Positions 17,647 to 28,312 of a stretch of DNA of 64,000 nucleotides are shown piece after piece (position 1 is the stretch's first letter; every line of letters starts with the position of its first letter). The notes beneath the pieces were generated by a model. The model was not told where the DNA came from. It saw nothing but the letters and a program-made list of their open reading frames with translations, and did not search any database. The translations under genes and the position numbers were made by a program. Origin of the DNA: an uncultured Candidatus Saccharibacteria bacterium (lineage in GTDB: Bacteria > Patescibacteriota > Minisyncoccia > UBA6257 > JACOXY01); contig CAYHMC010000001.1 of assembly GCA_964357615.1 (NCBI GenBank), positions 2,602 through 66,601 on the forward strand, written 5' to 3'.

Positions 17647-20247
17647 ATGGTAAAAAAACTACTGGAACAATTATTTCTCCCAAACAACATAAAGCCTCTG
17701 GTTTATAAAATTACATTAACTCCAGATTTAGAAAGTCACACTTTTGATGGAAAAATAAATATCGCTTTAAATATATTAGAGGCAACTAATTGTATTATTT
17801 TGCATGCAAAAGATTTAAAAATAAAAAGTGTTTTTCTCGATATTGCTGGAAAACAGATTATCCCAAGTGAAATTATTCTCGACAAAGAAAATGAAAAACT
17901 AGCATTAATTTTTAGCGAAGATTTAAAACCCGGAGAAACATACCTTAATATTTTATATTCTGGTATATTAAACGACCAAATGTCAGGATTCTATAGAAGT
18001 ACTTATATAGTTGAAGGGGAAAATCGAATGATGGCAGTTACACAATTTGAAGATACTTCGGCTAGAATGGCGTTTCCGTGTTTTGATGAACCAAATATAA
18101 AAGCAAGATTTAAAGTAGAATTAATAGTTCCTAAAAATCTTGATGCATTATCAAATACTAAAATAGAAAAAGTAGTCTCAAATGGTTCGAGTAAAACAGT
18201 AACTTTTGAGGAAACGCCAATAATATCAACATATATATTAGCGTTTTGTGTTGGCGAGTTTGAATGCATTGAATCACTTGAACGAAAAGGGATGCCTAGG
18301 ATAAATGTTTATACAACCTCAAATAAAAAAGAACTTGGTCGCTTTGCCCTAGGGGTAGCAGAATCAATAATTGTAAGATGTAGCGAATATTTTGATCATC
18401 CCTACATGGGTACAAAGCTCGATCTTATTGCCATTCCTGATTTTGCCGCTGGAGCAATGGAAAATCTTGGTCTTATAACTTTTAGAGAAAGTGCAATTTT
18501 AATTGATGAGAAAAATTCTTCCAGAAGCGCCAAGCAAAATGTTGCTATAACTGTGGCGCATGAAATTGTTCATATGTGGTTTGGAAATCTTGTAACAATG
18601 AATTGGTGGGAAGAGCTTTGGTTGAATGAATCTTTCGCAACAGTCATGTCATATTATTTTGTAAATGAACTTTTTCCAGAATGGAATGCTTGGAATAAAT
18701 TTATGGTTTACGAATATTCTTCTGCATTAAACGATGATGCACTGCGTTCAACTCACTCAATTCAAATGCCAATTAAAGCAAAACATGACATTGGTCAAAA
18801 TTTTGACACTATAAGTTATGAGAAAGGAGGTTCTGTGCTTAGAATGATAAAGGGTTATCTTGGCGACGATATTTTTATGGCTGGGCTTCAGCTTTATATT
18901 TCACGCCATGCATACGGAAATGCTAAAACTAAAGATTTGTGGCAAGCGCTAGAAGATGCATCGGGTAAGCCAGTGCGCAAAATTATGGAAAGTTGGATTT
19001 CTCAGCCCGGATACCCATTACTTGAAATTTCAGAAAAAAATGAGAATGAAGTTGTCGTAAGGCAACATAGATTTTTATCAAGTGGTGAACCATTACAAGA
19101 GGAAGAAGATAATCAAATTTGGCTAATAGAAACCAATTATATAAATAGCGAAAAAAAAATTGAAGCAATAAAGTTAGAAAAAAAAGAGGAAATTGTTTCT
19201 ATATCCAAAAAAAATCAATGGGTTAAAATTAATAATCATCAGCTTGGTTTTTTTCGGGTTAAATATCCCGAAGAATTTTTAAATAAGCTAAAATCTGGAG
19301 TAGCAAAAAAAGAAATTTCTTCTATCGATAGAATGGGTATTGCTGATGACCTTTATGCGCTAACTAGAGCAGGATTTATTCCGGCAACACAATTTCTATC
19401 ATTTTTGGAATCTTATCAGAATGAAAACGAATATATTGTGTGGGCGAGTATTATTCAAAGCTTAAGTGAACTTGAAATACTTTTTGAGCATGATAAAAAA
19501 GCAACAGAAATATATCATATATTCGCTAGAAGTATAATTAAAAATATTGCAAAAAAAATAGGATGGGATGAGAAAAATAGTGAAAGTGATGACGATAAGT
19601 TTCTTAGGCCAATAGTGCTTGGCGCATATGGTCATTATGGCCATATAGAGACCATTACAAGGTCACGCGAATACTTTAGAGCATATTGTAGTGATGGGGA
19701 GGCAGTTAATCCAGATTTAAGGAATATGGTCTGTCGTATAGCTGCTAAACATGGAAATGAAGAAGACCATGACATTGTGCTTAATAGATATCGTCACGAA
19801 ACACATCCAGAAGAAAAATTAAGATTTCTTAGAACTTTAGGTGGTTTTCCTCATGACCATCTTGTTAAAAAAACATTGGAATTTGGTTTGGGCGGAGAAG
19901 TTAAATCGCAAGACCTGACTTCAATAATATATTCCACTGCGTTAAATGATAATCACGAAGCAGCAAAGTATACATGGTCATTTATAAAAAAGAATTGGGA
20001 TGAAATTCACAAGCGCCTTGGTCAAAGCATTGTTCTTTTAGAGCATACCGTAAAAGGGAGTGCGCATAGTTTAAATAGTCACGAAGAGGCGTTCGATTTT
20101 AAGAAATTTTTTGAAGCAAATCCAACTCCAAAAATTAGTAAAGCAATTTCGCAAACTTTGGAAATTATTAGCTCTCGCGCAAATTGGATTTCTCGCGATA
20201 GAGATAGCGCAACAAAATGGCTTCTAGACTGGTACAAGATGAAATAA
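17647..20247 (+). CDS. pepN: Aminopeptidase N, M1 family zinc metallopeptidase
   Basis: The GAMENLG exopeptidase motif and HEIVHMWFGNLVT-x18-E (HExxH plus distal Glu) are present. Length 866 aa. Confidence 0.92.
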   Translation: MVKKLLEQLFLPNNIKPLVYKITLTPDLESHTFDGKINIALNILEATNCIILHAKDLKIKSVFLDIAGKQIIPSEIILDKENEKLALIFSEDLKPGETYLNILYSGILNDQMSGFYRSTYIVEGENRMMAVTQFEDTSARMAFPCFDEPNIKARFKVELIVPKNLDALSNTKIEKVVSNGSSKTVTFEETPIISTYILAFCVGEFECIESLERKGMPRINVYTTSNKKELGRFALGVAESIIVRCSEYFDHPYMGTKLDLIAIPDFAAGAMENLGLITFRESAILIDEKNSSRSAKQNVAITVAHEIVHMWFGNLVTMNWWEELWLNESFATVMSYYFVNELFPEWNAWNKFMVYEYSSALNDDALRSTHSIQMPIKAKHDIGQNFDTISYEKGGSVLRMIKGYLGDDIFMAGLQLYISRHAYGNAKTKDLWQALEDASGKPVRKIMESWISQPGYPLLEISEKNENEVVVRQHRFLSSGEPLQEEEDNQIWLIETNYINSEKKIEAIKLEKKEEIVSISKKNQWVKINNHQLGFFRVKYPEEFLNKLKSGVAKKEISSIDRMGIADDLYALTRAGFIPATQFLSFLESYQNENEYIVWASIIQSLSELEILFEHDKKATEIYHIFARSIIKNIAKKIGWDEKNSESDDDKFLRPIVLGAYGHYGHIETITRSREYFRAYCSDGEAVNPDLRNMVCRIAAKHGNEEDHDIVLNRYRHETHPEEKLRFLRTLGGFPHDHLVKKTLEFGLGGEVKSQDLTSIIYSTALNDNHEAAKYTWSFIKKNWDEIHKRLGQSIVLLEHTVKGSAHSLNSHEEAFDFKKFFEANPTPKISKAISQTLEIISSRANWISRDRDSATKWLLDWYKMK

Positions 20248-20269
20248 CCTACAATTTCGGCATATTCAT

Positions 20270-21436
20270 TTATGCCTTGATGGCGTTTCTTAAAACTGAC
20301 ATTATTTCTGCATTAATTACTTGAGGGTCAAGAATTTTTCTTAGATTGTTAATCTGCCTAGGCAATATTTGTTGTCCACAAAGCTGTTTCACCCTCTCGG
20401 TGACTTTATTACTATCTTCAAATGAAATAACCATATTTTCCAAACCTGCTGTTTTTAAGATTTCTGCGCATCCCATATTTTCACTTACTAATACTGGAAT
20501 ACCCATACAAACTGCTTCCATTGGGACGTTCCCAAATGTTTCAAATGTTGATGGGCATATAATTAAACCTTGAGAGGAATAGAATTTTAATAGTTCGCTA
20601 TGCGTCATCGGTGCTAGTCTGTTCATTGTTTTTGGAATTTGTTTTATTATTTGATCATTTGTTACAAAAAACGCTTCATGTCTCCACTTTTCTTTTAATA
20701 AAAGCTTGTGTATTTTAAAGAATTCTGGGAAATTTTTAATTTTATCCCATCTACCCACAGCAGCAATTCTTCTTTCTACATTTTTAGAAACCTGATATTT
20801 TTCAGGAATATTAAATGGGTTTGGTATTATGAAAGATTTTTCTATCGGTTTATTAAGTATTTCATTTTCAACCATATCTTTACACAAGCGAGAAGGAAAT
20901 ATAAAGTAATCAACTCTTTTCTGGAATGATTTCTCTATTGCATTAAAAAACTTCTTAGCTTTTGGTTTTGAATTTTCTGTTTCTTTTGAATATACCCCTG
21001 CATATCTTAAAACGATTGGAATGTTTAATTCATAAGCTGCAATTGAAATTAACCACGGAATATAATAGGTCCCATTTAAAAAAACCACATCAGGTTTACT
21101 TTGCATTAGTAATTTTTTGACTATCTTAATTATTGGCCTATATTTTATCTCCAAATCCTTAATTGATTTTGAGGAATATATTGATTCGAATATGGGGATA
21201 TCGTGTATATTTATTATATTGTGATCAAACCACTCTGAAGAAAGGTGTTGGAAAACTACTGGTCCTCGCATATACCTTCTGACGTTTAATTCAATACCAA
21301 CAACACCACTACCATTTCCATGGTAAAAATCTAAAAAACTTATATTTGATCGAGTAATACCACCAATGTATTCTCTGGTTACATTTGTTGCAATTTTCAT
21401 TATATATATCATAACACAAAACAATAAACTTTTCAA
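20270..21436 (-). CDS. Glycosyltransferase family 4
   Basis: C-terminal PSTFETFGNVPMEAVCMGIPVLVSENMGCAEIL fits the GT4 sugar-nucleotide-binding region. Its 3-prime end is convergent with pepN. Confidence 0.7.
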   Translation of the reverse strand: MKSLLFCVMIYIMKIATNVTREYIGGITRSNISFLDFYHGNGSGVVGIELNVRRYMRGPVVFQHLSSEWFDHNIINIHDIPIFESIYSSKSIKDLEIKYRPIIKIVKKLLMQSKPDVVFLNGTYYIPWLISIAAYELNIPIVLRYAGVYSKETENSKPKAKKFFNAIEKSFQKRVDYFIFPSRLCKDMVENEILNKPIEKSFIIPNPFNIPEKYQVSKNVERRIAAVGRWDKIKNFPEFFKIHKLLLKEKWRHEAFFVTNDQIIKQIPKTMNRLAPMTHSELLKFYSSQGLIICPSTFETFGNVPMEAVCMGIPVLVSENMGCAEILKTAGLENMVISFEDSNKVTERVKQLCGQQILPRQINNLRKILDPQVINAEIMSVLRNAIKA

Positions 21437-21524
21437 GTTTCTATCTAAGCGTAGAATGGGTCATATTTTTTAAATAAAATCACTACTTTTCAAAATCGCT
21501 AAACTTTAGTATTATTTATCCATT

Positions 21525-22523
21525 ATGAAATTAAGTCTTGGTATAGTTGGTCTTCCAAATGTTGGTAAATCCACGCTTTTTAAAGCTTTAACAAAAATTG
21601 ATATAACAATCGCAAATTATCCTTTTGCGACAATAGATCCTAATGTTGGTATAGTTACGGTTCCTGATGAACGAGTAAATAAACTCGCAGAGCTCTCAAA
21701 ATCTAAAAAGAAAATTCCTGCAGTAGTTGAGTTTTATGATATAGCGGGTTTGGTTAAGGGTGCGTCTTCTGGTGAGGGGCTTGGCAATCAGTTTTTGTCT
21801 CATATTCGTGAGGTGCAGGCAATTGTTCATGTTGTAAGGTGTTTTGATGGAGGAGACATTATACATGTTGAAAGTTCAGTAGATCCAATTCGTGACATTG
21901 AAACAATAAATACAGAACTTCAACTTAAAGATTTGGAAACTGTAGGCAGAAGGTTACATAGCGCCGAAAAAGAGTCTCGCGCAGGAATTAAAGAAGCTAC
22001 GGCGATTTTAGACACATTAAAGATAGCTAAAGATAGACTTGAAAAAGGTGAAATGCTCCGTGAGTTAAAAGATAATACTACAATTAAAGAATTACAGCTC
22101 TTAACAGCAAAAGAGATGCTTTTTCTTTTTAATGGTACCGAAAGTGATATTCAAGAAAATTTAAAAGAAAAAATAAAAAGTTTGGGTTATTCATATCTAG
22201 TAGGAGATTTGAGTGATTCAAATTTTGATTTAGCTCCACTTGTTCGAAAGGCTTATGAAATCTTGGATTTAATTAGTTTTTTTACAACCGGAGAAGATGA
22301 AACTCGTGCTTGGACAATAAGACGAGGTGCAAAAGCACCAGAAGCCGCTGGAACAATACATACTGATTTTGAAAAGAAATTTATTCGTGCTGAAGTTGTG
22401 CCTTATGTTAAATTAATTGAGGCAAAGACTTGGTCTGGGGCAAAACAAAAAGGATGGTTACGCCTTGAAGGTAAAGAATATGTTATGCAAGATGGTGACA
22501 TTGTTGAAATAAGACATGGTTAG
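21525..22523 (+). CDS. ychF: Ribosome-binding ATPase/GTPase YchF (Obg family)
   Basis: N-terminal GIVGLPNVGKSTLFKALT (P-loop), DIAGLVKGAS (G3) and a C-terminal TGS-like region. Confidence 0.9.
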   Translation: MKLSLGIVGLPNVGKSTLFKALTKIDITIANYPFATIDPNVGIVTVPDERVNKLAELSKSKKKIPAVVEFYDIAGLVKGASSGEGLGNQFLSHIREVQAIVHVVRCFDGGDIIHVESSVDPIRDIETINTELQLKDLETVGRRLHSAEKESRAGIKEATAILDTLKIAKDRLEKGEMLRELKDNTTIKELQLLTAKEMLFLFNGTESDIQENLKEKIKSLGYSYLVGDLSDSNFDLAPLVRKAYEILDLISFFTTGEDETRAWTIRRGAKAPEAAGTIHTDFEKKFIRAEVVPYVKLIEAKTWSGAKQKGWLRLEGKEYVMQDGDIVEIRHG

Positions 22524-22691
22524 TTTATAAAGATTTAACTTTGTTGACTAATTAAATAAAAATTCATATGCTATTGTAGTTAATAAAGGCACTTCTAAGT
22601 AGTATATTTTGTAGCCTAAAAAGCCTATACACTGACCTTAAAATTTGCGATTGTAAAAAGCCGAGATTGACTCGGTATTTCTTATGAAATT

Positions 22692-23234
22692 ATGTTAAAA
22701 CTTTTCACCAAAATACTAAAAACTCCTAGAAATACGATATCTATAGATGAAATTAATAATGAGCATGCGGAAGTGTTGGCAGTCGGTCAGAAAATACATG
22801 AAAAAGTAAAGCGTTTATTTAGAGGCTCTCTTGCTATTAGGCAAGTAGATGCGGGATCAGACAATGCTTGTGAGCAGGAATTAGTAGCACTTTCCAATGC
22901 TTTTTACGATATAGAGCGTTTTGGAATACATTTTGTAGCGTCACCCAAACACGCGGACATGTTAATGGTGACTGGCCCAGTAACTAGAAATATGGCTGAA
23001 GCTCTAAAGAGAGCATACGATGCAACACCAGATCCAAAGATTATCGTAGCTCTAGGAGACGATGCGATAGATGGGGGAATTTTTAAATCATCTTATGCGG
23101 TTCTAGATGGCGTTAAAGAAGTAATCCCAGTAGACTACAGTATTCCTGGTGACCCACCCACACCAAAGGTAATTCTCAATCATCTTTTGAAAATATTAGA
23201 AGTTATTGATGAGAAGTCATTAAAGTCAAAGTAA
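22692..23234 (+). CDS. NuoB/HycG-like small-subunit homolog of group-4 [NiFe] hydrogenase / complex I. It is degenerate, with 3 of 4 FeS-cluster Cys ligands replaced.
   Basis: The backbone ...FGIHFVASPKHADMLMVTGPVTRNM...DPKIIVALG..IPVDYSIPG.PP aligns with NuoB/HycG. At the ligand positions it reads DAGSDNACEQE, GDDAIDGG and PGDPP, where canonical sequences have C(G)xC..C, GxC..GG and GCPP. Confidence 0.75.
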   Translation: MLKLFTKILKTPRNTISIDEINNEHAEVLAVGQKIHEKVKRLFRGSLAIRQVDAGSDNACEQELVALSNAFYDIERFGIHFVASPKHADMLMVTGPVTRNMAEALKRAYDATPDPKIIVALGDDAIDGGIFKSSYAVLDGVKEVIPVDYSIPGDPPTPKVILNHLLKILEVIDEKSLKSK

Positions 23235-23235
23235 C

Positions 23236-25281
23236 ATGCTAGAAATATTTGCTTCATCACTTAGTTTTTTCGTTCTCCTATTCTTATTTTCCATTGGCGC
23301 AATTGGCTCTTTGGTTTTACGAAAAAATGATTGGATGGCAAATGGCTGGAGTAGTTTATTTGCAATTTCAGGTTCTATTTGGGGATTACTTTTATCAATT
23401 TCAATTTTTATAATGGGATCAGGAAAATCAATCTCACTTGGAAGATTTTCTTACCCGCTTCTAAATATTTCGTTTAATATAGATTTACTCTCAGTATTTT
23501 TTATATTTCTAATTTCCTTAATTACACTTTTCTGTTCAATATATGGAATTGGATATGTAAGACATTATTATAAAAAATATAACCTTGGTGTTCTAGGATT
23601 TTTTTACAACCTATTTATATTAGGCATGTACTTGGTTGTGACTGCGAGTAACGGATTACTTTTTTTAATTGCGTGGGAAGTTATGGCTCTAGCATCATAT
23701 TTTCTAGTAATTTATGACAGCAATGACCAAGAAAATATTAAAGCAGGATTCCTATATTTAGTAATGACTCATATTGGAACTGTCTTTATTACTATTTCAT
23801 TTTTGATGCTTTATAAATTTACTGGTTCATTTGATTTTGAAGCAATTAAAATTGGTTTGCCGTTTGTTCCACTTTACGCTAAAAATATTGTTTTTATTTT
23901 AGCTGTGCTTGGATTTGGAATGAAAGCCGGAATAATACCTTTGCATGTTTGGTTGCCCAAAGCTCATCCTGCCGCACCCTCCCATGTTTCTGGGCTGATG
24001 TCAGGCGTAATGATAAAAACTGGCATTTATATGATGATTAGAATGTTTATGGATATCCTCCAGCCAATTCCAGAATGGTGGGGATTTACATTAATGATAA
24101 TTGGTTCCGTTACAGCATTACTCGGAGTTCTTTATGCATTGGCTGAAAATGATATCAAAAGACTTCTAGCTTACTCCAGCATTGAAAATGTAGGTATTAT
24201 TTTGCTTGGATTGGGTAGCTCGCTTTCGTTTTATTCATTGGGCATGCATTCACTCGCGCTTCTTGGTTTAGTTGCGGCGCTATTCCACACTTTAAATCAC
24301 GCTATATTTAAGTCTCTTTTATTTTTGGGAGCAGGCTCTGTTATTTCGGAAACACATACTAGAAATATGGAAAACTATGGTGGACTTATAAAATACATGC
24401 CACAAACCGCATTATTTTTCTTAGTAGGTTCAATGGCTATATCATCTTTACCACCTCTTAATGGATTTTTTAGTGAGTGGATGACATTCCAAGCCATTTT
24501 TCAAGGAATAGCAACTCTGGGTATTTCTACAAGATGGGTATTTATTATTGCCGGAAGCTCACTTGCATTTACGGGTGGCTTAGCGCTTGCGTGTTTTGTA
24601 AAGGCATTTGGAACTATATTTTTAGCTCGACCAAGAAGTAGTGAAGTTAATCACGCCAGAGAATCTTCTATTTATTTGAAGATGAGCATGGGTTCGCTTG
24701 CGATTTTATCGCTACTTTTCGGATTGCTCTCTGGATTTGTATCGGCGTCAATTGAAAAAGTTGGTCGTGGCCTAAGTATTTTCAATGAAGTATCTTCTTT
24801 TGTATCAGTTTCACCATTTGGAAATATATCTGCCGGAAATTTGCCTTCGATCTCGGGTCCGTTAATGTTTGGTTCTCTAGTTGTAATAATATTAGGTGTT
24901 TTATTTGCAACAAAATATTTTGTTTATGGAGAGCAAAAAATAAAAATTGGAAACACTTGGGATTGCGGAATTGATTTAACTCCAAGAATGGAAATTACCT
25001 CAGCGGGATTTGCACACTCAATCATTACAATATTTAAAGGGGTGCTAAAACCAAGCTTACAACATGATGTTGAGTATCATGATGCAGATATCAGATATTT
25101 ACCAGAAACGAGAACTGTTACATTGAGTGTGAGAGATGTTTATCATCAATATTTATACAGACCACTAAATATTTTGGTAGAAGTATTATCAAAGAAAGCC
25201 AAAAAAATTCAAAGCGGAAATATTAATGCTTATATTCTTTATATTTTCATTGCATTATTAGTGGCATTGTATTTTGTATAA
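23236..25281 (+). CDS. NuoL/MrpA/HyfB-like antiporter-type membrane subunit
   Basis: About 16 TM helices. GIIPLHVWLPKAHPAAPSHVSGLMSGVMIKTGIY is the conserved NuoL/HycC proton-pumping motif region. It starts 2 nt after the upstream gene. Confidence 0.8.
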   Translation: MLEIFASSLSFFVLLFLFSIGAIGSLVLRKNDWMANGWSSLFAISGSIWGLLLSISIFIMGSGKSISLGRFSYPLLNISFNIDLLSVFFIFLISLITLFCSIYGIGYVRHYYKKYNLGVLGFFYNLFILGMYLVVTASNGLLFLIAWEVMALASYFLVIYDSNDQENIKAGFLYLVMTHIGTVFITISFLMLYKFTGSFDFEAIKIGLPFVPLYAKNIVFILAVLGFGMKAGIIPLHVWLPKAHPAAPSHVSGLMSGVMIKTGIYMMIRMFMDILQPIPEWWGFTLMIIGSVTALLGVLYALAENDIKRLLAYSSIENVGIILLGLGSSLSFYSLGMHSLALLGLVAALFHTLNHAIFKSLLFLGAGSVISETHTRNMENYGGLIKYMPQTALFFLVGSMAISSLPPLNGFFSEWMTFQAIFQGIATLGISTRWVFIIAGSSLAFTGGLALACFVKAFGTIFLARPRSSEVNHARESSIYLKMSMGSLAILSLLFGLLSGFVSASIEKVGRGLSIFNEVSSFVSVSPFGNISAGNLPSISGPLMFGSLVVIILGVLFATKYFVYGEQKIKIGNTWDCGIDLTPRMEITSAGFAHSIITIFKGVLKPSLQHDVEYHDADIRYLPETRTVTLSVRDVYHQYLYRPLNILVEVLSKKAKKIQSGNINAYILYIFIALLVALYFV

Positions 25282-25287
25282 CAAATT

Positions 25288-26220
25288 ATGATTATTTCTA
25301 CTACATTAATTCAATTAATTGTTACACCAGCGCTTTCCCCATTGGGTATTGGACTGATTAGAAAGATAAAAGCCAAGCTTCAGAATAGACAAGGAGCAAG
25401 TATCACACAACCGTATAGAGATTTATGGAAGCTTTTTCATAAAGACGAAGTGATAAGCAAAGATGCATCTTGGATTTTTAAATACGCGCCATATTTTGTT
25501 TTTGCGACCACAATTGTAGTTGGTTCTTGTATTCCATATATAGATTCCTTAGGACGAAGTATTTTAGCTCCAGACATGTTGGTTATTATTTATACTTTAG
25601 CAACAGGCACATTTTTTTTAGCATTGGCTGGAATGGATACCGGCGGTGGTTTCGGTGGTTTTGGATCTAGTCGTGAAATGACTATATCAGCCCTAGCTGA
25701 AGGGGGACTCATATTTTCATTTTTAACTTTATCAATAATTAGCCACACTACAAATTTACTCGAAATGGCAAATGGAATAAATTTAGCGTACGGAAATTTT
25801 TCCTTACCAATATTATTGGCTTTTTCAGGATATTTTATTGTGTTGCTTGCAGAAACATCAAGATTTCCATTCGATAATCCAGCGACTCATTTGGAACTTA
25901 CAATGATTCACGAAGCTATGATACTAGAATATTCTGGTAAAAAATTAGCCCTAATGGAATGGTCTGCCGCTAATAAGCTTTTTATTTTTGCTGTATTGGG
26001 TTCTAATTTATTTTTTCCTTGGTGGATAGCTTCTGGTGCAAGTATTTATTCTATTATTCAAGAGGTTATTGTTTTATTTATCAAACTATTACTCATCTAT
26101 ACCTCGATTGCATTATTAGAATCAAGCATCGCAAAATTTAGATTTTTTAGATTGCCAGATTTATTAATTATTTCATACATTCTTAATATTATTGCGATAG
26201 GATTAATAAATTACATATGA
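25288..26220 (+). CDS. NuoH/HycD-like membrane subunit
   Basis: 310 aa with 8 TM helices. Size and N-terminal region (TQPYRDLWKLFHK) match HycD/NuoH. Confidence 0.65.
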   Translation: MIISTTLIQLIVTPALSPLGIGLIRKIKAKLQNRQGASITQPYRDLWKLFHKDEVISKDASWIFKYAPYFVFATTIVVGSCIPYIDSLGRSILAPDMLVIIYTLATGTFFLALAGMDTGGGFGGFGSSREMTISALAEGGLIFSFLTLSIISHTTNLLEMANGINLAYGNFSLPILLAFSGYFIVLLAETSRFPFDNPATHLELTMIHEAMILEYSGKKLALMEWSAANKLFIFAVLGSNLFFPWWIASGASIYSIIQEVIVLFIKLLLIYTSIALLESSIAKFRFFRLPDLLIISYILNIIAIGLINYI

Positions 26221-26864
26221 TGATAATTTCTGAACAACTTTTGTTAACTCTATTTTTTGCAACAATTGTTTATTTTCATGTTGCGAAAAAAAATTATGGC
26301 GTTGCGATAACATATGGTATCCAGTCTTTTATTGTTGTCTTGTTGTTATTAAATTCATTCATGGAAACAAATTCAGTATCTCTACTTTTGATTGCATTTA
26401 TAGTTTTGATAGTAAAAGTGATTTTAACTCCTCTATTTATTATACAGCTGATTAAAAAACATGAATTAAAATTTTTAGTTAGTAGTTATACAAATACACC
26501 AATAACTCTTATCGTGGTTGCGATGCTTACCGCAGTTGCACATCTAAATATTTTTAAATCCCTGGTTAATATTGTTCCAGGCAACCAATCATTATTATTA
26601 CTAGCGCTATCGTCATTACTCATATCTTTATTTTTAATTGTAAACCGTAAGGGCGCATCTTCGCAGATTATTGGGATACTTTCGCTCGAAAACAGTATTG
26701 TGGTTTTTGCATTTTTTGCAGGCTTAGAGCAAGCAACCGCGCTTCAGATAGGCATTATATTTGATCTTTCTGTTTGGATAATAACGGCAACCGTTTTTAT
26801 GTCTATGATATATAGACATTTTGGTTCGCTCGATGTTACAGAAATGAAAAATTTAAAAGATTAA
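26217..26864 (+). CDS. HyfE-like small membrane subunit of hydrogenase-4-type complexes
   Basis: 215 aa with ~6-7 TM helices, the same size as E. coli HyfE. It sits between the NuoH-like and NuoN-like genes and overlaps the upstream gene by 4 nt. Confidence 0.5.
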   Translation: MMIISEQLLLTLFFATIVYFHVAKKNYGVAITYGIQSFIVVLLLLNSFMETNSVSLLLIAFIVLIVKVILTPLFIIQLIKKHELKFLVSSYTNTPITLIVVAMLTAVAHLNIFKSLVNIVPGNQSLLLLALSSLLISLFLIVNRKGASSQIIGILSLENSIVVFAFFAGLEQATALQIGIIFDLSVWIITATVFMSMIYRHFGSLDVTEMKNLKD

Positions 26865-26868
26865 AAAT

Positions 26869-28311
26869 ATGGAACTTACAATTATTTTAATATCAACATT
26901 AGCAACTGCTATCATTTGCTTAGCGTCAAGACAAAGATTAATTATTGAATTCGCGTCTGTTATTTCTGCTTTTGTCACATTATTTGAATCTACACTTGTT
27001 GCGTTAAAAGTTTCTTCATTCGGGACATACACTCCTTATAAATTTATAACAATTGATTCATTGGGGGCAATCGTTATGCTTATCATTTCTCTTGTTGGGT
27101 CTGCAGCGGTGATGTATTCGGTTGCCTATCTTAGAGAAGAAACAAAAAAACAAATTATTGGATTCACTCGGGTAAAACAGTATTTCGTATTGCTAAATCT
27201 TTTTTTAGCCGCAATGTTTTTAGCTGTCGCATCAAATAATCCCATTCTTACTTGGATTTCAATTGAAGCCACCACACTTTCAACAGCTTTCTTAATTAGT
27301 TTTTATAATAAACCAACATCACTAGAAGCAGCGTGGAAGTATTTGGTAATTAATTCTGTTGGCTTACTTTTGGGATTTTTTGGAACTTTACTTTATTTTA
27401 CTTCCTTTAAGTTGGTTGGCGAAGCGAATACAATTTCGTGGAATACCTTACTTTTGAATGCTGGTTATCTTGATCCAATGATTGCAAAAATAGCATTTGT
27501 TTTTGTACTTATAGGTTATGGTACAAAAATTGGTTTTGCTCCTATGCACACATGGCTTCCAGACGCTCACAGCAAGGCGCCTGCGCCAATTAGCGCGTTA
27601 CTCTCTGGAGTGTTGCTTAATGTTGCCTTTATTGCAGTTTTGCGGTTTAAATTAGTTACTGATGCGGCTGTTGGAATTGATTTTTCTAGAAACTTATTAA
27701 TTATTTTTGGTCTGCTTTCAATATTTGTAGCTTCGCTTATAATTTTCACGCAAAAGAATTACAAACGTATGCTGGCTTACTCAAGCATAGAGAATATGGG
27801 AATTATCGCGCTTGGTTTTGGTTTCGGAGGATTGGGAAGTGTCGCTGCTTTGCTTCATATGATCTATCATTCTTTACTTAAGTCTTCATTGTTTTTTTCT
27901 GCAGGAAACATATTTCTTAAATATAGTTCAACAAAAATTGATAAAATTAAGGGAACAATGAAAGCTTTACCAATCACTGCGGTACTATTTCTTATGGGAT
28001 TTTTCGCGATAACTGGTACGCCACCATTTGGTGTTTTTCTCACTAAAATATATATTTTATCAGCAGGCATGAGTGCACATCCAATAGTAACCGTTATTTC
28101 TTTTGTGCTTATGTCTTTGGTATTTGTAGGATTTTTTCAGAAAGCTGCAGCGATGACATTTGGTGAAAAACCACAAGGTATTGATTCTGGAGAAAATAAT
28201 GTTTGGCTTATTATTCCTTCGATGGCATTTATAACAATTGTAGTTTGTTTAAGTTTTTATATCCCACCATTTTTAATCAATTTATTAAACAGCACAGCTT
28301 CACATTACTAA
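26869..28311 (+). CDS. NuoN/NuoM/HyfF-like antiporter-type membrane subunit
   Basis: GFAPMHTWLPDAHSKAPAPISALLSGVLLNVAFIAVLRF; about 14 TM helices. Confidence 0.8.
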   Translation: MELTIILISTLATAIICLASRQRLIIEFASVISAFVTLFESTLVALKVSSFGTYTPYKFITIDSLGAIVMLIISLVGSAAVMYSVAYLREETKKQIIGFTRVKQYFVLLNLFLAAMFLAVASNNPILTWISIEATTLSTAFLISFYNKPTSLEAAWKYLVINSVGLLLGFFGTLLYFTSFKLVGEANTISWNTLLLNAGYLDPMIAKIAFVFVLIGYGTKIGFAPMHTWLPDAHSKAPAPISALLSGVLLNVAFIAVLRFKLVTDAAVGIDFSRNLLIIFGLLSIFVASLIIFTQKNYKRMLAYSSIENMGIIALGFGFGGLGSVAALLHMIYHSLLKSSLFFSAGNIFLKYSSTKIDKIKGTMKALPITAVLFLMGFFAITGTPPFGVFLTKIYILSAGMSAHPIVTVISFVLMSLVFVGFFQKAAAMTFGEKPQGIDSGENNVWLIIPSMAFITIVVCLSFYIPPFLINLLNSTASHY

Positions 28312-28312
28312 T

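Noticed and set aside
22544-22572. TTGACT-N17-TATGCT upstream of the hydrogenase-like operon, considered as its promoter
   Set aside because: The -10 is poor and many equally good matches exist in this AT-rich DNA. It is plausible but not supportable above background.
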